Shown here piece by piece: positions 57,550 through 64,000 of a stretch of 64,000 nt of DNA. How positions within the stretch are numbered: position 1 is the first letter of the stretch; the number at the start of each line of letters is the position of its first letter. The position numbers and the translations under genes are program-made. The stretch comes from Deltaproteobacteria bacterium (lineage in GTDB: Bacteria > JAGRBM01 > JAHCIT01): contig JAHCIT010000006.1 of NCBI GenBank assembly GCA_026129095.1, positions 64,235 through 128,234 of the forward strand, given 5' to 3'. The notes under the pieces are model-generated. The model was not told the DNA's origin, did no database searches, and worked only from the letters and a program-made list of their open reading frames with translations.

Positions 57550-58440
57550 ATGCCTCCAGCACCCACCACCGCTCGTGTGCTGCCGTTCCGCCAGAAAGGG
57601 CCAACGTCCGGGAATACAACAGATGACTCCGCACCTGATTTCGTCGAATGGCTAGAAACCCTGATCGAGCAACGAAAGGCGGCTAGGAAACCCGGCCAGA
57701 AAGCGGCCGGGCCATCCCGGCGACCCGCACAGCCGCCACCCACACCCAAACGCCCATCCATCCGGGAGTGGCCCGAAGACGACCGCCCCCGGGAACGGCT
57801 GCTCAGGTCCGGCCCGCAGGCGCTCAGCGACAGTGAACTGCTCGCAATCCTGATCCGGACCGGCGATGCCGCAAGGGGACTGAATGCCGTGGAGCAGGCC
57901 CGAGAACTGCTCCAGAAGGCCGGCTCGCTCGCCCATCTGGCGCGACGGTCCCCGGCTGAACTGAAAACCCTCGCCGGTCTCGGGCCGGCCAAAGCGGCGC
58001 AATTACTCGCGGCACTTGCCCTGGGCCCCCGGATCGACCGGTCGCACCTTGAGGACCGCCCGCAGGTGAGCGGCAGCGAGACTGCTTTCCGGATACTCCG
58101 GGAGCACTACGCCGACCCTGCCCTGGAGGAGGTCGTGACGCTTCTTCTGGACACCCGGAACCGGCTGATCCGTACCGTGCGGGCCGCCCGTGGTGGCACC
58201 AGCAGCGTCACCATTGAGCCGGCGGCTCTCTTCCGCGAGGCAATCCGCGAAGGGGCGGCGGCGATCGTGCTCTCCCACAACCACCCGTCAGGTGATCCCA
58301 CGCCGTCAGCAGCCGACCGCCGGTTTACCAGCGACGCGCTGGCTGCCGGAAAAATGCTCTCTGTGCGTGTCCTGGACCACATCATCGTCGCAGGGCCCCG
58401 GTATTTCAGCTTTCTGGATGAAGGGATCATGGGCGGTTGA
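57550..58440 (+). CDS. radC: RadC-like JAB-domain protein
   Basis: LSDSELLAILIRTG is the N-terminal HhH region and LSHNHPSGDPTPSAADRRFT is the JAMM motif. The N-terminal extension is Pro-rich. Confidence 0.8.
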   Translation: MPPAPTTARVLPFRQKGPTSGNTTDDSAPDFVEWLETLIEQRKAARKPGQKAAGPSRRPAQPPPTPKRPSIREWPEDDRPRERLLRSGPQALSDSELLAILIRTGDAARGLNAVEQARELLQKAGSLAHLARRSPAELKTLAGLGPAKAAQLLAALALGPRIDRSHLEDRPQVSGSETAFRILREHYADPALEEVVTLLLDTRNRLIRTVRAARGGTSSVTIEPAALFREAIREGAAAIVLSHNHPSGDPTPSAADRRFTSDALAAGKMLSVRVLDHIIVAGPRYFSFLDEGIMGG

Positions 58441-59219
58441 CCCAGTGCCCTCCGGGGGCTGACAATGCATCCGGTATGCAGGTGGCCACAATTGCCGTTT
58501 ATGCGGTTGTGCTTCTGACGGTAGCGCTCGCCGGGTGGTCGGCCGTCCGTGCGTTGCGCTACGGCCGGGGTTCCTCCCGTGCGCCGACACCCGACCCGTC
58601 CGTTCTGGCCCACCGTTACAGTCCCCGACTGGTCCGCATGAATGCCGGGCACCTGTTCACCATCCGGAGCGACAACAAGGAACTCCTCAGGTATGCGGAG
58701 CGCATGGGCCGGGTGCTGGGAATACCATCCCCGGACCTGTCGTTCGATAGCGGGGGCGAGCTCGTTTCGCTTGATGTGCGGGCACGCCTGTCGGCACATC
58801 TGGCCGAATGCCGCCGCCGTCTGGAAAGCGAACTGGATGACCTCGCTCAGCGGGTGGGAAAGCCGATCAACCGCCCATCCGAACGCGAATGGGGGCACGT
58901 GAACTTCTGCCCGGCCGGATGGCGCAGTTACTACCGGGCCGAGGATCATCCGGCGCTCTATTCACGGGATCCGGCAACCCTGCCGGAAGGCGATCTGGAG
59001 GCGATCCGGCTGGAGAGTCTGCGGTGGCTGTTCCCGCCGACCGATGACCTCCCCACCCTGCGGGGCCGCAACTGCACACCGGTGCAGGTACCCGAGGCCG
59101 ACGCACGGTACATGCTTGCCCGGCTGAAAGTCCCCGACCCGGTGACCGAGGCCATTCTTGAGGCTGCCGGGCTTACCGAAGCGTCCGTTCCGAACCTGAA
59201 GCTTGCAAGCCGCGGCTGA
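58437..59219 (+). CDS. Hypothetical membrane-anchored protein
   Basis: The N-terminal TM helix is IAVYAVVLLTVALAGWSAV. The ORF is 260 aa. Confidence 0.4.
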   Translation: MTQCPPGADNASGMQVATIAVYAVVLLTVALAGWSAVRALRYGRGSSRAPTPDPSVLAHRYSPRLVRMNAGHLFTIRSDNKELLRYAERMGRVLGIPSPDLSFDSGGELVSLDVRARLSAHLAECRRRLESELDDLAQRVGKPINRPSEREWGHVNFCPAGWRSYYRAEDHPALYSRDPATLPEGDLEAIRLESLRWLFPPTDDLPTLRGRNCTPVQVPEADARYMLARLKVPDPVTEAILEAAGLTEASVPNLKLASRG

Positions 59220-60375
59220 GACGAACGGCCTGATGACTACCGTCTCCAGCACCGTTCCTGTCCTCCGGCGCGAGCCGTGGCGCGAACGGCTTTTCTCCCT
59301 TCTGGAGCCGCCCCGCCGCATCCGGCCGACGAAGGCCGGTTGGCTCTTTACCGCCCTGTCGGCGGCAATTGCTGTTGCCGCGATGAACACCGGCAACAAC
59401 ATCCTGTTCATCTTTCTCGGTATCCAGTTCGGGCTGGTCGCCGCCTCCGGCCTCTGGAGCGAAACCGTCCTCCGGGGCCTTTCGGCCAGTGCGCCTTCGC
59501 CCGGATGGGTGGACGCCGGCCGCCCTGCCGCCATCCGGTATGAACTCCGGGTGAAAAGTCGCCGCTGGCCGGCCTTCGTCCTGCAGGTGCTTCCGGACAT
59601 TCAGCCGGTGACGGACGGCCCGCGCACGCTGCGCCTGCTCTGGCGCGAGAACCGCTGGTGGACCCCGCTTGAACGCAGGCAATCCGGCATCCGGATTGTC
59701 CGTTCCCCGTGGATACGCCGTATCCCACCGGCCGGCACCGCACAGGCGCACGTCGAAGTGAACTTCGCCCGGCGGGGTTTGTACCGGATTCAGCATCTGG
59801 AGATCGCCACCCTGTTTCCGTTCGGCCTGATCCAGAAACGAAAACGGATCGAGTGCGGGGTGGAGATCGTCGTTGCGCCGGAGCCGGTACCGGCCTCGGA
59901 ACTGGGTAGCGTGCTGTCGGCTTCGTCTGATACCGAACAGACCGGCCTTCGGGTTGATCCTTCCGGGGAGTTTGACGGCTTGCGCCCCTTCTCCCCCGGC
60001 GATTCACCGAGAATGATCGCCTGGAAACTCACCGCCCGCACGGGGGCACTTACAGTCCGGTTGCACCGGGAAACGCTTGCCCCGCGTGTTTACGTGCGGA
60101 TGGAGCCGCTCCGGGGCGGCCCGGCGGATCGTCCAGATCCATCCGAACAGCAGCGAACCGACCGGCAGGCACGGATCGCCCGGACGCTCGTCGAAACACT
60201 CCGGGCTGGAGGCCACGACGTTTTCCTTCAGGATGCGCCTCCGGTCCACGAGGGGCTATCAGCCGGAGAAGCACGGATGCTCGCCACCTGGGATGGCAAC
60301 GAACTGCCTTGTGCCGGTACACCCGAGAAAACCTTTGTCGTCACGCGGCAAGGGCACGTCATTCGTGCGGGCTAG
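59203..60375 (+). CDS. DUF58 family protein
   Basis: GEFDGLRPFSPGDSPRMIAWKLTARTGALTVR matches the DUF58 core (geF.glReY..GD..R.IdWk). N-terminal TM helices are present. Confidence 0.55.
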   Translation: MQAAAETNGLMTTVSSTVPVLRREPWRERLFSLLEPPRRIRPTKAGWLFTALSAAIAVAAMNTGNNILFIFLGIQFGLVAASGLWSETVLRGLSASAPSPGWVDAGRPAAIRYELRVKSRRWPAFVLQVLPDIQPVTDGPRTLRLLWRENRWWTPLERRQSGIRIVRSPWIRRIPPAGTAQAHVEVNFARRGLYRIQHLEIATLFPFGLIQKRKRIECGVEIVVAPEPVPASELGSVLSASSDTEQTGLRVDPSGEFDGLRPFSPGDSPRMIAWKLTARTGALTVRLHRETLAPRVYVRMEPLRGGPADRPDPSEQQRTDRQARIARTLVETLRAGGHDVFLQDAPPVHEGLSAGEARMLATWDGNELPCAGTPEKTFVVTRQGHVIRAG

Positions 60376-60410
60376 GGCCCGCGCTTCCATATCAAGGAGA
60401 CCAGTAGGAC

Positions 60411-61082
60411 ATGCCGCCGGAAAAGATCGCCGTCGCCTGGAGCAGCGGCAAGGACAGCGCGATGACCCTGTACCGTCTCCGCCGAAATCCGGCTTACGAG
60501 GTTACGGTCCTTTTCACCACTGTCACCGGAACTTACGACCGTGTGAGCATGCATGGCGTCCGGCGCGAACTGCTGCTGAGGCAGGCCGAAGCGGCCGGGC
60601 TCCCGCTGATCATCTGTGAAATACCGCCCGAATGTCCCAATACTGTTTACGAGGCCCGTATGCGCGAGGGATGCGAGCGGCTCAAGGCCGCAGGCGCTGC
60701 CTCCATCGCCTTCGGCGACCTGTTTCTGGAAGATGTCCGCGACTACCGGATCCGCAACCTTCAGGGAACGGGACTGAAGCCGGTATTCCCCGTCTGGCAG
60801 GAACCAACTCCGCAGTTCGCACGCGAACTGATCGGTGCCGGAATCCGCACGACCGTCGTGTGTGTGGACACGCAGCAACTGCCCGCCAGTTTTGCCGGGC
60901 GCGACTTTGACCACCAGTTCCTTTCCGACCTCCCCCCGGAGGCCGATCCCTGCGGCGAACGCGGCGAGTTTCACACGTTCGTCTGGGACGGGCCATTCTT
61001 CAGCCGGCCGGTGAGGTTCACTCGCGGGGAAACCGTGACGAGGGAAAACCGGTTCTGCTTCTGCGACCTCATGGCAGCCTGA
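60411..61082 (+). CDS. Dph6-related ATP pyrophosphatase (PP-loop, MJ0570/DUF71 family)
   Basis: The PP-loop motif is in AVAWSSGKDSAM. The ORF is 223 aa. Confidence 0.6.
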   Translation: MPPEKIAVAWSSGKDSAMTLYRLRRNPAYEVTVLFTTVTGTYDRVSMHGVRRELLLRQAEAAGLPLIICEIPPECPNTVYEARMREGCERLKAAGAASIAFGDLFLEDVRDYRIRNLQGTGLKPVFPVWQEPTPQFARELIGAGIRTTVVCVDTQQLPASFAGRDFDHQFLSDLPPEADPCGERGEFHTFVWDGPFFSRPVRFTRGETVTRENRFCFCDLMAA

Positions 61083-61134
61083 CTGTTTTCCCGCAAGGGA
61101 CACCGGTTGCCGCCGGGAACCCCAGCGGCCTAGG

Positions 61135-62361
61135 GTGGCTTTCGCGTATCAGCACGCTATTCCTGTCCGGCGGAGCGGCTCCAGATTGAAAACCAAACGG
61201 CTGTGCATACTCGGGTCAACCGGTTCCATCGGCGTGAGCGCCCTTGATGTGGTGCGCCAGCACCCCGGCCGCTTCGCCGTGGAGGCGCTCGTCGCCGGAA
61301 CGAACGTGGAAATCATGGCCCGGCAGGTTCTTGAGCACCGCCCCCGCATGGCCGTCATGGCCACTGAAGAGAAGGCCGCCGAACTGAAGAAGGCCGCAGC
61401 AGGCTACGAGGGAGAGATCGCCTACGGGCCCCATGGCTACAGGGCGGCGGTCCAGCTGGCCACGGTCGATTCGGTCGTGTCGGCCATTGTCGGCGCCGCC
61501 GGGCTCGAACCGACGCTCTGGGCCATCGAGGCGGGCAAGGAGATCGGCCTGGCCAACAAGGAAACCCTCGTCACCGCCGGCGAACTGGTGAACCGGAAGG
61601 TGAAGGAACACGGCGTCACGATGCTCCCCATCGACAGCGAGCATTCGGCGATCTTCCAGGCGCTCGAAGGGAACAAACGCTCGCAGGTAAAGCGCCTCAT
61701 ACTCACGGCCTCCGGTGGCCCGTTCCGGACCTGGCCGAAGGAAAAGATCGCCCGTGCCACGGTCGACGAAGCCCTCAAGCACCCCAACTGGGCCATGGGC
61801 CGCAAGATCACGATCGATTCGGCCGGTCTGATGAACAAGGGGCTGGAGGTCATAGAGGCGATGTACCTCTTCGACATGACGCCCGATCAGGTGGGCGTCG
61901 TCGTCCACCCACAGTCGATCGTCCATTCAATGGTCGAATATATCGACGCCTCGATCATGGCACAGCTATCGGTTCCCGACATGCGGCTTCCCATCGCCTA
62001 TGCGCTTGCCTGGCCGGACCGCATCGAGGCCACTATCCCGTTCCTGGACTGGTCGAAGACGGCACAGCTCACCTTCGAGGAAGTGGACCATGACCGCTTT
62101 CCCTGCCTTGGGCTCGCGTTCGCCGCCATCCGGGCGGGCGGCTCCATGCCGGCGGTGCTGAATGCCGCCAACGAGGTCACCGTCGAGGCATTTCTCGACG
62201 GCCGGATCGGTTTCTACGACATTCCCGCCATCAATGAGTCGGTTATGGGCCGCCATCGCACGGTGCGGCTCGACACGCTGGAGCAGGTCCGGAGCGCCGA
62301 CCGTTGGGCACGCGAGGAAGCCGCCAGGCTGGTCGCCGAACGGACCACCAAAAGCGCCTGA
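61135..62361 (+). CDS. dxr: 1-deoxy-D-xylulose 5-phosphate reductoisomerase; the true start may be the TTG near 61186
   Basis: KRLCILGSTGSIGVSALDVV is the NADPH-binding N-terminus, and LANKETLV and SGGPFR are further Dxr motifs. Confidence 0.9.
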   Translation: MAFAYQHAIPVRRSGSRLKTKRLCILGSTGSIGVSALDVVRQHPGRFAVEALVAGTNVEIMARQVLEHRPRMAVMATEEKAAELKKAAAGYEGEIAYGPHGYRAAVQLATVDSVVSAIVGAAGLEPTLWAIEAGKEIGLANKETLVTAGELVNRKVKEHGVTMLPIDSEHSAIFQALEGNKRSQVKRLILTASGGPFRTWPKEKIARATVDEALKHPNWAMGRKITIDSAGLMNKGLEVIEAMYLFDMTPDQVGVVVHPQSIVHSMVEYIDASIMAQLSVPDMRLPIAYALAWPDRIEATIPFLDWSKTAQLTFEEVDHDRFPCLGLAFAAIRAGGSMPAVLNAANEVTVEAFLDGRIGFYDIPAINESVMGRHRTVRLDTLEQVRSADRWAREEAARLVAERTTKSA

Positions 62362-62408
62362 GGCGGCTGGCCCCGCGCGCCACAAGCGGCTATCTTTCAG
62401 CGAACGCC

Positions 62409-62717
62409 ATGCCCGTCATTCCCACCGGATACTGCCAGACCTGCCGCGATGAAGTGGTCCTGTGGACATCCGCCAGAAGCGGCCGCCTGCACCGGTTCTG
62501 CCTGAACTGCGACGAGCCGGTCTCACCAGCGCCAGGCAAGCTCCATTTCCGGCCGGAGCATGACCTCGAACGCCTGGGCTACTCGTTTGCCGAGCCGCCA
62601 CCCCCGGTGGACACAACACGCCATTGCGGCTCCGGCGGATGCTCAAGCTGCGGCTCTGCAACGGGCGGCGGATGCTCGTCCTGCAGCAAGGCAGCCACCT
62701 GCCACGCCGTACACTGA
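62409..62717 (+). CDS. Hypothetical Cys-rich small protein
   Basis: CQTCRDE...FCLNCDEP is followed by a C-terminal CGSGGCSSCGSATGGGCSSCSKAATCH Cys/Gly-rich tail. The ORF is listed from 62304, and the internal start at 62409 avoids overlap with dxr. Confidence 0.35.
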   Translation: MPVIPTGYCQTCRDEVVLWTSARSGRLHRFCLNCDEPVSPAPGKLHFRPEHDLERLGYSFAEPPPPVDTTRHCGSGGCSSCGSATGGGCSSCSKAATCHAVH

Positions 62718-62735
62718 AAATCTGTCCTGTTTTTC

Positions 62736-64000
62736 CTATTTGCCTGCAGCTACTGCGGCGCCCGTGCTGCCGCCGCCGGAGAACAGCAGCGGCTTGATAT
62801 CGTCATCCGTGAAGGCGATTCCGCCGCCCACGAACGGGAGCGGCTTCTTGTCGTTGTTCAGGATGTCTTCCACACCAGCCGTCAGATAGAAATATTTCCA
62901 GAAATCGACCTGGACACGTGAACGCAGGTTGGGGTTCATCTCCCGGCCGAACGCCCCCTTGCGCGTGAAGTCGAACACTTCGGTCTCCCAGTACAGGCGG
63001 CGGAACCGGTCGGGGCTCAGGCGGATACCGGCACCGCCGGTACTCTCCAGCAGGCCGCCATAAAGCTCCACCCAGTCGAACACCCGCTTTCCGATACCGA
63101 CCGAAAAGCGAAGTCCCGGCTGCTGCTGGGACGTGGTGGTCAGCGTATTGGAGCCAGGGAGAAGCGGCGTGGGCGAACTGTTCGTCTGGTCGGTCACGGT
63201 GGTCTTGAACCGGCCACCCCGCGGATCCGCCACCAGGGCAGCGAAGTAAAACTTGTCCGGCCGCGGACGCAGCGTGACGTTCACATAGCTCTTCAGGCCG
63301 CCGTTCTTGCCGATCTGTTCCTCGCCACGGTAGCCCACGATGAGCTGGATGTTGTTGGCGTAGTCGAGGAACCCGTTGATGTTCTTGACGGCCTTGTTGA
63401 TCTCCTCGACAGTGGTGTCGTCGTTGATGAGCTTGCCGATGGTTCCTTCGCCCCGGTTGATCTTGCCCGTGATCTCGCGGGTGTTGTCGATCGTCTCGTC
63501 CAGCTTGCCCGCCGTCTCCTTGAACTTCACCAGCAGTTCGCGCACGTCATCCCCGCGGGCGGCCACCTGCTCATCGACCCGGCGCACGAGCCGCTGGACG
63601 TCATCAATCACCGCCGGCAGCTTGCCGTTCAGCATGGACGTGAGCTGCTCGATGTTTTCCGTGATGCGGGAAACCCGCTCGTCGTTGGTATCTACCATGT
63701 CGCGGAGCTTTTCCGTCAGTGCCGCGACGGCATCCAGCGTCCGCTTGAGTTCCTGGTTGCCGCCCGCCTGGCCTTTCAGCGTCATCTTGATGATGCGGGT
63801 GATTTCCTCGAGATTGTCAGCGACCCGGCCCAGTTTCTCGAACAGCTCCTCGCTGCCGGTCGCATCGTCCGCGTAAATGACGCGCGGGTTATCCGCCCTC
63901 AGGGTGAGCTGTGCACGCTCCTCGATCTCGAAAATCCGCTGGCTGTAGCTGCCGCCGGACACCGTTCCGCCTTGAGGGTCTTCCAGCGAATCGGTGCGTC
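62736..64000 (-). CDS. Mce/MlaD-family protein, C-terminal part; the frame is open to the window end
   Basis: GEGTIGKLINDD is a signature motif of the Mce/PqiB helical region, and coiled-coil repeats are present. The N-terminus is probably beyond position 64000. Confidence 0.5.
   Translation of the reverse strand, partial: RTDSLEDPQGGTVSGGSYSQRIFEIEERAQLTLRADNPRVIYADDATGSEELFEKLGRVADNLEEITRIIKMTLKGQAGGNQELKRTLDAVAALTEKLRDMVDTNDERVSRITENIEQLTSMLNGKLPAVIDDVQRLVRRVDEQVAARGDDVRELLVKFKETAGKLDETIDNTREITGKINRGEGTIGKLINDDTTVEEINKAVKNINGFLDYANNIQLIVGYRGEEQIGKNGGLKSYVNVTLRPRPDKFYFAALVADPRGGRFKTTVTDQTNSSPTPLLPGSNTLTTTSQQQPGLRFSVGIGKRVFDWVELYGGLLESTGGAGIRLSPDRFRRLYWETEVFDFTRKGAFGREMNPNLRSRVQVDFWKYFYLTAGVEDILNNDKKPLPFVGGGIAFTDDDIKPLLFSGGGSTGAAVAAGK

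Overview
This is a high-GC (~65%) bacterial chromosomal segment that carries an integrated genomic island of about 28.9 kb.

The left backbone, 1-27 kb, contains:
- the 5' 7.2 kb of a giant minus-strand gene encoding tandem Ig-like (Big-type) repeats with near-identical 318-bp units; the gene continues past the window start;
- a B12-binding radical SAM enzyme;
- a topoisomerase VI subunit B homologue with no A subunit beside it;
- glutaredoxin next to a DUF547 protein, and a TPR protein;
- ftsY, a PlsC-type acyltransferase, an SrkA/RdoA-like kinase, an FMN reductase and trpG-trpE;
- a SET-domain protein and a 1014-aa AsmA/DUF748-like protein.

The island spans 27025-55912.
- A 57-bp direct repeat at 27025-27081 copies the 3' half of an intact tRNA-Leu(CAA) at 55826-55912.
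- An excisionase-like HTH gene and a tyrosine integrase sit just inside the tRNA end.
- GC content inside the island is mosaic, with dips to about 45%.

The island cargo is the most interesting part.
1. An eight-gene, tightly coupled Type I RM operon, in the order half-hsdS, hsdM, a Cys-rich ORF, hsdS, a small WYL protein, a SIR2-like (SIR2_2/DUF4917-type) protein, an HsdR carrying an N-terminal Fic domain, and a DUF45/YgjP metallopeptidase.
2. A low-GC four-gene operon: hypothetical, ECF sigma factor, hypothetical, and a 985-aa C-terminal CHAT caspase-like protease. It resembles the Csx29/RpoE/Csx30/Csx31 protease-sigma module of type III-E CRISPR loci, but no CRISPR is present.
3. A divergent CYTH-domain and histidine-phosphatase gene pair bracketed by ~125-bp direct repeats.
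4. Five 22-bp iteron-like tandem repeats in a long non-coding stretch.

The right backbone carries DoxX, a second PlsC, radC, DUF58, a Dph6-like PP-loop ATPase, dxr and a partial Mce/MlaD-type gene. No CRISPR array or rRNA was seen. All calls rest on reading motifs by eye; no searches were run.
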